Source: a virus (lineage: Duplodnaviria > Heunggongvirae > Uroviricota > Caudoviricetes). From it: a DNA stretch of 64,000 nucleotides. Under the pieces are notes generated by a model. The model saw only the letters and a list, made by a program, of their open reading frames with translations. It was not told the origin of the DNA and ran no database searches. A program made the translations under genes and the position numbers. Every line of letters begins with the position of its first letter. Position 1 is the stretch's first letter. This document shows, piece after piece, positions 55,742 through 64,000 of the stretch. The stretch lies in IMG/VR virus record IMGVR_UViG_2851955134_000009; one strand, written 5' to 3'.

Positions 55742-58700
55742 AACAACCTGCGTCTGCAGGTCATTCTTAATGCGGTTGACAAACTCACCCGCCCATTCCG
55801 TGCTGCACAGGCCAGTTCGAAAGAGCTGGCTGGCGCAATTCAGAATACCAGAAACAGCCTCAAAGAACTGAATAAGCAGGCTGGCAGAATTGATGAGTTT
55901 CGCAAGACGCGCTCGCAACTAGCCATAACAGCCAACAACCTGAACGCAGCCCGCGAAGAGGCGGCAAAACTCGCCACACAATTTGCTGCCACTAACAGGC
56001 CAACCGCCGCGCAGGCAAAGTTATTCAGTCAGGCCAAAACACGAGTACAGGAACTTCAGCAGACCTATAACGGCTTGGTGGGGGCGGTCCAGAGACAACG
56101 TCAGGCACTTAAAGAATCAGGGATTGATACCAGGCAACTCAGTAGTGCCCAGCGAGAACTTAAGAAAAATGCTGAAGAAACAAGGCAGGCACTGGAGGGC
56201 CAGCAAAAAGCACTTAAACGTCTGGGTGAGCAACAGGCACGGATGAACGCTGCCAGAGAACAATACTCAAGACGGCTTGAAGTGCGCGATCGCATCGCAG
56301 GAGCCGGAGCCACTACCACGGCTGCAGGGCTGGCAATGGGTGCGCCAGTGATGGCGGCAGTAAAAAGCTATACCAGCATGGAAGATGCCATGAAAGGTGT
56401 GGCAAAGCAGGTCAATGGTCTGCGTGACGATAATGGCAACCGCACTGCACGTTTTTATGAAATGCAGGATGCCATCAAGGCTGCCAGCGAACAGTTGCCG
56501 ATGGAAAACGGTGCGGTGGACTTCGCTGCACTGGTTGAAGGTGGTGCGCGCATGAACGTCGCAAACCCTGACGACAGCTGGGAAGACCAGAAACGTGACC
56601 TGCTGGCCTTCGCCAGTACGGCAGCAAAGGCGGCAACAGCCTTTGAGCTGCCAGCGGATGAACTGTCAGAAAGTCTGGGGAAAATCGCCCAGCTCTACAA
56701 AATACCTACCCGCAATATTGAACAGCTCGGCGATGCGCTGAACTATCTGGATGATAACGCCATGTCGAAAGGGGCGGACATCATTGATGTGATGCAACGT
56801 CTGGGCGGTGTGGCTGACCGTCTGGATTATCGTAAAGCGGCGGCACTGGGTTCCACCTTTCTGACACTGGGTGCTGCGCCGGAGGTTGCAGCCAGTGCAG
56901 CAAACGCGATGGTGCGTGAATTGTCCATTGCCACCATGCAAAGCAAGAGTTTCTTTGAAGGGATGAATCTGCTGAAACTCAATCCTGAAGTGATTGAAAA
57001 GCAGATGACGAAGGATGCGATGGGAACTATCCAGCGTGTGCTGGAGAAGGTGAACGCACTGCCGCAGGACAAGCGTCTGTCTGCCATGACCATGTTGTTT
57101 GGTAAAGAGTTTGGTGATGATGCAGCGAAACTGGCAAACAACCTTCCGGAACTGCAGCGCCAGCTAAAACTGACAGCGGGCAATGATGCGCTCGGTTCCA
57201 TGCAGAAAGAATCCGACATCAACAAAGACTCACTTTCCGCTCAGTGGTTGCTGGTCAAAACCGGAGCGCAGAACACCTTCAGCAGCCTGGGCGAAACGCT
57301 GCGCCAGCCGCTGATGGATATTCTGTACACGGTGAAAAGCATTACGGGGGCGTTGCGCCGCTGGGTGGAAGCTAACCCGGAACTGACAGGCACACTGATG
57401 AAAGTAGCGGCTGTTGTGGCTGCGGTTACCGTAGGCCTCGGCACCTTAGCGGTGGCGCTGGCTGCAGTGCTGGGGCCGCTGGCAGTGATCCGTCTGGGAT
57501 TCTCTGTGCTGGGTATCAAAACGTTACCTTCCGTTACGGCAGCAGTAACTCGAACCAGCAACGCGTTGTCCTGGCTGGCTGGCGCTCCACTGGCACTGCT
57601 GCGACGCGGGCTTGCTTCATCGGGCAACGCCGCAGGTTTACTTACTGCGCCGTTGTCGTCTTTGCGCCGCACGGCATCACTGACGGGAAATGTCCTGAAA
57701 ACTGTAGCAGGTGCGCCAGTTGCACTTTTGCGGTCTGGATTATCCGGTTTACGTGCTGTTGCTGTGATGTTTATGAATCCTCTGGCGGTACTGCGCGGTG
57801 GACTGGCAGCCGCAGGTGCGGTGCTGCGAGTGCTTGCATCTGGTCCGCTGGCGATGCTGCGCGTTGCCCTGTATGCCATATCTGGTCTGTTAGGTGCTCT
57901 GCTCAGTCCGATAGGTCTTGTGGTTACTGCACTGGCGGGCGTGGCGCTGGTTGTCTGGAAATACTGGCAACCCATTACCGCATTTCTCGGTGGCGTGGTG
58001 GAAGGATTCAAAGCGGCGGCAGGTCCCATCAGTGCAGCGTTTGAACCACTTAAGCCCGTGTTCCAGTGGATTGGCGACAAAGTGCAGGCGCTGTGGGGCT
58101 GGTTTACTGATCTGCTGACGCCTGTTAAGTCGACCTCTGCCGAACTGCAGAGCGCAGCGGCAATGGGGCGACGATTCGGGGAGGCACTGGCGGAAGGGCT
58201 GAATATGGTCATGCATCCGCTGGACTCCCTGAAATCCGGTGTTTCCTGGTTGCTGGATAAACTCGGCATTGTCAGTAAAGAGGCTGCAAAGGCGAAACTG
58301 CCGGAAAGCGTGACGCGTCAGCAACCTGCGACGGTGAATGCAGACGGTAAAGTGATGATGCCATCGGGTGGTTTTCCGTCATGGGGATATGGCTTTGCGG
58401 GGATGTATGACAGCGGCGGCTATATCCCGCGCGGGCAGTTTGGCATCGTCGGTGAAAACGGGCCGGAAATTGTCAACGGCCCGGCAAACGTGACCAGCCG
58501 GAGAAATACCGCTGCACTGGCTGCGGTTGTTGCCGGAATGATGGGCGTTGCTGCCGCGCCTGCAGAGCTTCCACCGTTACATCCTTTGGCACTTCCCGCG
58601 AAAGGCGGCGAAGCGATGGTGAGTCGTGCAGCCACTGTGCCGCCCGTTCAACAGCTTGAGGCACCGACGCAGATCATCATTCAGACGCAGCCAGGACAAA

Positions 58701-58810
58701 GTGCGCAGGATATTGCGCGGGAGGTTGCACGCCAGCTTGATGAACGTGAACGCAGGCTGAAGGCAAAAGCCAGGAGTAACTACAGCGATCAGGGGGGATA
58801 CGAAGCATGA
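55733..58810 (+). CDS. T: tail tape measure protein (P2 gpT-like)
   Basis: 1025 aa, coiled-coil-rich N-terminal half and hydrophobic segments. Confidence 0.85.
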   Translation: MSDNNLRLQVILNAVDKLTRPFRAAQASSKELAGAIQNTRNSLKELNKQAGRIDEFRKTRSQLAITANNLNAAREEAAKLATQFAATNRPTAAQAKLFSQAKTRVQELQQTYNGLVGAVQRQRQALKESGIDTRQLSSAQRELKKNAEETRQALEGQQKALKRLGEQQARMNAAREQYSRRLEVRDRIAGAGATTTAAGLAMGAPVMAAVKSYTSMEDAMKGVAKQVNGLRDDNGNRTARFYEMQDAIKAASEQLPMENGAVDFAALVEGGARMNVANPDDSWEDQKRDLLAFASTAAKAATAFELPADELSESLGKIAQLYKIPTRNIEQLGDALNYLDDNAMSKGADIIDVMQRLGGVADRLDYRKAAALGSTFLTLGAAPEVAASAANAMVRELSIATMQSKSFFEGMNLLKLNPEVIEKQMTKDAMGTIQRVLEKVNALPQDKRLSAMTMLFGKEFGDDAAKLANNLPELQRQLKLTAGNDALGSMQKESDINKDSLSAQWLLVKTGAQNTFSSLGETLRQPLMDILYTVKSITGALRRWVEANPELTGTLMKVAAVVAAVTVGLGTLAVALAAVLGPLAVIRLGFSVLGIKTLPSVTAAVTRTSNALSWLAGAPLALLRRGLASSGNAAGLLTAPLSSLRRTASLTGNVLKTVAGAPVALLRSGLSGLRAVAVMFMNPLAVLRGGLAAAGAVLRVLASGPLAMLRVALYAISGLLGALLSPIGLVVTALAGVALVVWKYWQPITAFLGGVVEGFKAAAGPISAAFEPLKPVFQWIGDKVQALWGWFTDLLTPVKSTSAELQSAAAMGRRFGEALAEGLNMVMHPLDSLKSGVSWLLDKLGIVSKEAAKAKLPESVTRQQPATVNADGKVMMPSGGFPSWGYGFAGMYDSGGYIPRGQFGIVGENGPEIVNGPANVTSRRNTAALAAVVAGMMGVAAAPAELPPLHPLALPAKGGEAMVSRAATVPPVQQLEAPTQIIIQTQPGQSAQDIAREVARQLDERERRLKAKARSNYSDQGGYEA

Positions 58811-59292
58811 TGATGGTGCTGGGATTGTACGTGTTTATGCTGCGCACCGTGCCGTATCAGGAGCTGCAGTATCAACGCAGCTGGCGACATGCGGCAAACA
58901 GCCGGGTAAACCGACGTCCGTCCACGCAGTTTCTGGGACCGGACAACGACATGCTGACGCTTTCCGGTGTTCTTATGCCGGAGATAACAGGTGGCAGGCT
59001 GTCGTTGCTGGCACTGGAGCAGATGGCAGAACAGGGGAAAGCATGGCCCCTGATTGAAGGCAGCGGCACGATTTATGGCATGTATGTGATTGAGGGACTG
59101 AATCAGACTAAAACGGAGTTTTTCCGCGACGGTATGCCGCGCCGGATTGAGTTCACCCTGTCGCTCAAAAGGGTGGATGAATCATTGTCCGATATGTTCG
59201 GTGATCTCAGTGCGCAACTGAATAATCTGCAGGACACGGCAACGTCTGCCTTAAGCGATATCAGTAAAACGGTGGGAGGGCTGCTGTCGTGA
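58807..59292 (+). CDS. U: tail protein (P2 gpU-like)
   Basis: 161 aa. Confidence 0.8.
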   Translation: MMMVLGLYVFMLRTVPYQELQYQRSWRHAANSRVNRRPSTQFLGPDNDMLTLSGVLMPEITGGRLSLLALEQMAEQGKAWPLIEGSGTIYGMYVIEGLNQTKTEFFRDGMPRRIEFTLSLKRVDESLSDMFGDLSAQLNNLQDTATSALSDISKTVGGLLS

Positions 59293-60389
59293 ATTTCAGC
59301 TCTGAACTGCTTAACAAAGGCAACAAAACTCCCGCATTCAGCATCAGTATTGAGGGCAGGGATATCACCACTGTGCTGGATAACCGCCTGATGAGTCTGA
59401 CGCTGACGGATAACCGGGGCTTTGAAGCGGACCAGCTTGATCTGGAGCTGGACGACGCCGATGGAAAAATAGCGCTGCCGCGCCGTGGTGCGGTCATTAC
59501 GCTGGCGCTGGGCTGGAAGGGGCAGCCGCTTTTCCCGAAAGGGGCATTCACGGTGGACGAGATTGAACACACTGGCGCACCGGACCGCCTGACTATCCGG
59601 GCGCGAAGTGCTGATTTTCGGGAAACGCTGAATACCCGCCGTGAAAAGTCGTGGCACAAGACCACTGTCGGGGAAGTGGTGAAGGAAATAGCTGTGCGGC
59701 ACAAACTGAAGATGGCACTGGGTAAAGACCTGTCAGATAAACCCGTGGAACATATAGACCAGACTAATGAGAGTGACGGCAGTTTTCTGATGCGGCTGGC
59801 GCGCCAGTACGGTGCTATTGCGTCGGTGAAAAATGGCAATCTGTTATTCATCCGGCAGGGACAGGGTAAAAGCGCCAGCGGTAAACCACTACCGGTTATC
59901 ACTATCACACGTAAGGACGGCGACAGTCACCGCTTTACCCTGGCAGATCGCGGAGCCTACACGGGCGTAATTGCCAGCTGGTTGCATACCCGCGAACCCG
60001 CGAAGAAAGAAAGCACCACGGTGAAGCGTAAGCGCAGGACTAAGAAGCAGAAGAAAGAGCCGGAAGCGAAGCAGGGCGATTACCTGGTGGGTTCAGATGA
60101 AAACGTGCTGGTACTTAATCGCACTTATGCCAACCGGAGCAACGCTGAACGGGCTGCGAAAATGCAGTGGGAACGCCTGCAACGCGGCGTTGCGTCATTC
60201 TCGCTACAACTGGCGGAAGGGCGGGCAGAACTCTATACGGAAATGCCAGTGAAAGTCAGTGGCTTTAAACAGCCGATAGATGATGCGGAATGGACCATTA
60301 CGACTCTGACACATACCGTCAGCCCGGATAATGGTTTTACGACCAGTCTGGAGCTTGAAGTGAGGATTGATGATTTCAAAATGGAATGA
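59289..60389 (+). CDS. D: tail protein (P2 gpD-like)
   Basis: 366 aa. Confidence 0.85.
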   Translation: MNFSSELLNKGNKTPAFSISIEGRDITTVLDNRLMSLTLTDNRGFEADQLDLELDDADGKIALPRRGAVITLALGWKGQPLFPKGAFTVDEIEHTGAPDRLTIRARSADFRETLNTRREKSWHKTTVGEVVKEIAVRHKLKMALGKDLSDKPVEHIDQTNESDGSFLMRLARQYGAIASVKNGNLLFIRQGQGKSASGKPLPVITITRKDGDSHRFTLADRGAYTGVIASWLHTREPAKKESTTVKRKRRTKKQKKEPEAKQGDYLVGSDENVLVLNRTYANRSNAERAAKMQWERLQRGVASFSLQLAEGRAELYTEMPVKVSGFKQPIDDAEWTITTLTHTVSPDNGFTTSLELEVRIDDFKME

Positions 60390-60479
60390 TTCTTCGCAAT
60401 GGAGAACTTTTAAGTTTGCAAAATGGAATAATGCGGTATCATTATTGTGAATTTAGCAAAAATGGGGAGAACTCGAAAA

Positions 60480-60698
60480 ATGATGATTTGCCCACTGTGT
60501 GGAAGTGCCGCCCATACTCGCAGCAGTTTTCAGGTATCTTCATTGACCAAAGAGCGTTACAACCAGTGCCAGAACATTAACTGCAGCCATACTTTTGTTA
60601 CCCATGAAACTTTTGTTCGTTCGATTGCAACGCCAAAAGAGTCAAATCCGGTTCAGCCGCATCCAATGAAATCAGGACAGGTGGCGCTCTCTCTTTGA
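60480..60698 (+). CDS. ogr: Ogr/Delta-type zinc-finger late-gene activator
   Basis: Start at MMICPLCG; CxxC...C...C zinc-finger pattern (CPLCGSAAH...CQNINCSH); last phage gene before the host flank. Confidence 0.8.
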   Translation: MMICPLCGSAAHTRSSFQVSSLTKERYNQCQNINCSHTFVTHETFVRSIATPKESNPVQPHPMKSGQVALSL

Positions 60699-60774
60699 CT
60701 CTGCCGCCAATTTGTCGCCATCGTTAAAAAGCACTGCTTCTAACATCATGATTTTAAAAGGCATAAATTTTAGG

Positions 60775-60811
60775 CAACAAAAAACCCATCAACCTTGAAC
60801 CGAAATGGCGG
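60775..60811 (-). terminator. hairpin with T-run on the minus strand, probable ybjL terminator
   Basis: cccatcaacc...ggttgatggg stem; the A-run upstream on the plus strand is a T-run after the stem on the minus strand; the loop is long (17 nt). Confidence 0.35.
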
Positions 60812-60933
60812 GGTTGATGGGCTCCACAAAATGGGGACATCAAAGAAAAGCAGTGGCACTAATTAAGACTGATGCCCTGCGGAAAAGTTCTGCGGTTGTG
60901 CAAAAAAATTTCATTTTCAGGGCAACTTCAGTT

Positions 60934-62619
60934 TTATCCTAATCCTGGCCATACCATGACGATGATTGTCCCTGCCAGCGTCAGCAGGACGTTGGCGATT
61001 GCATAGGTGCCCGCATAGCCCAGCGCCGGGATGTTACTGCGAGCTGTATCACTGATGATCTCCATTGCCGGCGCGCAGGTACGTGCGCCCATCATTGCGC
61101 CGAACAACAGCGCGCGGTTCATTCGCAATACATAAGCACCGAACAAGAAACAGATAACCACGGGCACCAGACTGACAATCAATCCGGCAATCAACATCTG
61201 ACCGCCAATCGCGCCCAGGCCGTTATTAATACCGCTACCGGCGCTCAGACCAACGCCTGCCATAAACACCATCAAGCCGAACTCTTTCACCATGCTTAAT
61301 GCACCCTGCGGAATGTAACCGAAGGTCGGGTGGTTAGCACGCATAAAGCCCAGCATAATTCCGGCGAATAACAACCCGGCAGCGTTCCCCATGCCGAAAC
61401 TGAATGTGCTGAACTGGAAGGTGATCATCCCGATCATCAGCCCAATAACAAAGAAGGCGCAGAATGCCAGCAGGTCAGTGACCTGGCTGTGAATCGAGAT
61501 AAAGCCGATGCGATCGGCGATGGTTTTTACGCGGCGGGCATCGCCGCTGACTTGTAAAACGTCACCTTTGTTAAGCACGACGTTGTCATCTATCGGCATC
61601 TCAATCTGGCTACGAATGACGCGGTTAAGGAAGCAACCGTGATCGGTCAACTTCAGTTGTGCGAGACGTTTACCTACAGCGTTATGGTTTTTAACGACCA
61701 CTTCTTCAGTGACGATACGCATGTCGAGAAGGTCACGATCGAAAACTTCTTTACCGTTACGGAAGCTGGGATCGAGTCGGGCATGGGCGTCGGGATAGCC
61801 TACCAACGCTATTTCATCGCCCATTTGTAGCACGGCATCACCGTCTGGATTTGCCAGAATCCCGTTACGTCGAATACGTTCAATGTAGCAGCCGGTTTGT
61901 CGATAAATACCCAGTTCACGCAGATTTTTGCCGTCGGTCCAGGCCACCAGTTCCGGGCCGACGCGATAGGCGCGGATCACCGGTAAATAAACCTTACGGT
62001 TGGCATCAGTGTCCAGGCCACGTTCGCGGGCGATTTGCTGGGCGCTGGTCTGTAAGTCCTGATGCTGCAATTTCGGCAAGTAACGCGCACCAACAATCAA
62101 ACTCACCAGACCGATTAAATAGGTTAAGGCATACCCGAGGCTCAGATTATCCAGTGCCAGTGAGAGCTGCCTGCTTTCCATGCCGGAATGACGCAGTGTA
62201 TCGCCAGCACCGACCAGAACCGGTGTCGACGTCATAGAGCCTGCTAACATACCGGCCGTCAGGCCAATATCCCAGCCAAACAGCTTACCTAACCCTAAGG
62301 CGATCACCAGCGCACTGCCAACCATCACCAGTGCTAACATTAGGTAATTTTTCCCATCGCGAAAAAAAATGGAAAAAAAGTTCGGTCCGGCTTCGACCCC
62401 GACGCAGAAAATAAACAGCATAAAGCCAAGATTAAGCGCATCGGTGTTAATGCTGAAATGTTGTTGGCCTAATAACAGCGATACGACTAAAACGCCAATG
62501 GAATTACCCAGTTGGATCGAACCAAGTCGTAACTTTCCGAGACATAGCCCAAGCGCGAGGACCACAAATAATAACAGAATGTAATTCCCATTTAACAATT
62601 CGGCGACGTTTATATTCAC
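60934..62619 (-). CDS. ybjL: putative transport protein YbjL (AAE-family transporter)
   Basis: 561 aa polytopic membrane protein; recognised as E. coli YbjL from sequence and from the ybjL-ybjM-grxA-ybjC gene order. Confidence 0.85.
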
Positions 62620-62888
62620 GGAGGCTAACTTCTTGTTTACTAGTAAGCTGTTGAAAGAAATGGTAATTTACGATAATGTTTTTTACCAGAATTCAGGGCG
62701 CAGATTCATTCAGCGCACCTAAACGATAGTAAAGTAACAATATATTTTACTAGTGTAATCACATTAGGTATCAACGGCTATATGAATTGCGTTGGCCTAT
62801 ATTAGCATGGAATGCGAAGCGGCTTTATCTTACTGAACGCCACACTGGCGAAAAATGTGTTCGATAGACGCAGTGTCAGGAGGAACGA

Positions 62889-63266
62889 GTGAAACATAAA
62901 CAACGTTGGGCGGGGGCAATCTGCTGTTTTGTCCTCTTCATTGTGGTGTGCCTTTTTCTGGCGACGCACATGAAAGGCGCTTTTCGGGCTGCCGGGCATC
63001 CTGAAATCGGCTTGCTATTTTTCATTCTTCCTGGAGCAGTCGCCAGCTTCTTTTCACAGCGTAGAGAAGTCCTGAAACCTCTGTTTGGCGCAATGCTGGC
63101 GGCACCCTGTTCGATGCTCATTATGCGGCTGTTTTTTTCACCGACGCGCTCATTCTGGCAAGAGCTGGCATGGTTACTAAGCGCGGTGTTCTGGTGTGCG
63201 CTGGGGGCACTGTGTTTCTTATTTATCAGTAGTTTGTTTAAACCACAGCACAGAAAAAATCAGTAA
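62889..63266 (+). CDS. ybjM: inner membrane protein YbjM
   Basis: 125-aa hydrophobic protein at the expected position between ybjL and grxA. Confidence 0.7.
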   Translation: MKHKQRWAGAICCFVLFIVVCLFLATHMKGAFRAAGHPEIGLLFFILPGAVASFFSQRREVLKPLFGAMLAAPCSMLIMRLFFSPTRSFWQELAWLLSAVFWCALGALCFLFISSLFKPQHRKNQ

Positions 63267-63295
63267 AGCCCTCAACGCGAGGGCTTGTCAGACGA

Positions 63296-63553
63296 TCAGG
63301 CGTCCAGATTTTCTTTCACCCATGCAGCAAAATCGGTATAGCCGCCGATATGTTGCTGATCGACAAAAATCTGCGGCACGGTTTCTACGGGTTTACCTGC
63401 CTTTTGTTGTAGATCTTCTTTAGTGATCCCTTCCGCACGAATATCTACATACTGATACTGAAAATCATCGCGTTCATTGCTCAATTTCTCAGCCAGATCT
63501 TTTGCACGCACACAGTAAGGGCAACCCGAACGACCAAAAATAACGGTTTGCAT
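63296..63553 (-). CDS. grxA: glutaredoxin 1
   Basis: Start at MQTVIFGRSGCPYC (CPYC active site), 85 aa; the track ORF has a short upstream extension. Confidence 0.9.
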   Translation of the reverse strand: MQTVIFGRSGCPYCVRAKDLAEKLSNERDDFQYQYVDIRAEGITKEDLQQKAGKPVETVPQIFVDQQHIGGYTDFAAWVKENLDA

Positions 63554-63712
63554 TATTTCTCTCCTCATAGATTTATGCCTGTAATGATCACGCTAAAATG
63601 TATTCGCTGAAAGTAGGTTTAACCTGTTGCATTAATTGCTAAAAGCTATAACTGTTAAACACAATACAGTGAAAAGTTTTAGACTGAAGGCTCACTTTGC
63701 AGAGGGAAGCGT

Positions 63713-64000
63713 ATGCGCGCGATCGGTAAATTGCCTAAAGGCGTGTTGATACTGGAATTTATCGGAATGATGCTACTGGCGGTGGCGCTGCTGTCGGTAA
63801 GCGACTCCCTGTCGCTGCCTGAGCCATTTTCTCGGCCAGAAGTGCAGATTCTGATGATTTTTCTCGGTGTTTTGCTCATGCTTCCCGCTGCGGTGGTGGT
63901 TATTCTTCAGGTGGCAAAACGTCTTGCCCCACAGCTGATGAACCGTCCACCGCAATATTCACGTTCAGAAAGAGAAAAAGATAATGACGCCAACCATTGA
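63713..64000 (+). CDS. ybjC: inner membrane protein YbjC
   Basis: 95 aa with the stop codon at the last three bases of the window; expected position after grxA. Confidence 0.7.
   Translation: MRAIGKLPKGVLILEFIGMMLLAVALLSVSDSLSLPEPFSRPEVQILMIFLGVLLMLPAAVVVILQVAKRLAPQLMNRPPQYSRSEREKDNDANH

Larger units (their letters stand above)
46517..60698. mobile_element. P2-like prophage, right arm (tail module and ogr)
   Basis: Gene order R-S-V-W-J-I-H-G-(invertible cassette, invertase)-FI-FII-E/E'-T-U-D-ogr matches P2. Confidence 0.75.

Noticed and set aside
60700-60933. Possible tRNA gene at the prophage attachment site
   Set aside because: No cloverleaf-compatible sequence or conserved tRNA features were seen; the only structured element is a simple hairpin with a long loop, more consistent with a terminator.

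Overview
This window looks like an Escherichia-type chromosome carrying two nested prophages, ending in host core genes. All calls are made by eye from the sequence and the ORF track; no database search was run, so family names are provisional.

Layout:
- 1..1374: an AT-rich gene fragment (5' end outside the window) encoding an SMC/Rad50-like ABC ATPase, sitting where P2-like phages carry variable defence cargo next to the portal gene.
- 1440..8915: left arm of a P2-like prophage (portal Q, terminase P, scaffold O, capsid N, M, L, X, holin, endolysin, spanins).
- 8916..46510: a ~37.6 kb Mu-like transposable prophage inserted into the 3' end of the P2-like o-spanin gene. It has imperfect terminal inverted repeats and a flanking ATTATT direct repeat. 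Its late genes run leftward (34.1 kb down to 9 kb) and its early genes rightward (36.8 to 45.4 kb), diverging from a central region.
- 46517..60698: right arm of the P2-like prophage (R, S, V, W, J, I, H, G, invertible fibre cassette plus invertase, FI, FII, E/E', T, U, D, ogr).
- 60934..64000: host genes ybjL, ybjM, grxA, ybjC.

Most interesting candidates for uncharacterised biology:
- the AT-rich ATPase cargo at the window start (its partner genes would lie upstream, outside the window);
- a three-gene module (P-loop protein, small ORF, Dam methyltransferase) in the centre of the Mu-like element;
- a membrane-protein gene isolated at the Mu-like terminus behind a strong terminator;
- two invertase-controlled tail-fibre cassettes, one per prophage, sharing related crossover sites and homologous fibre-tip and chaperone genes.

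No rRNA, tRNA or CRISPR array was recognised.
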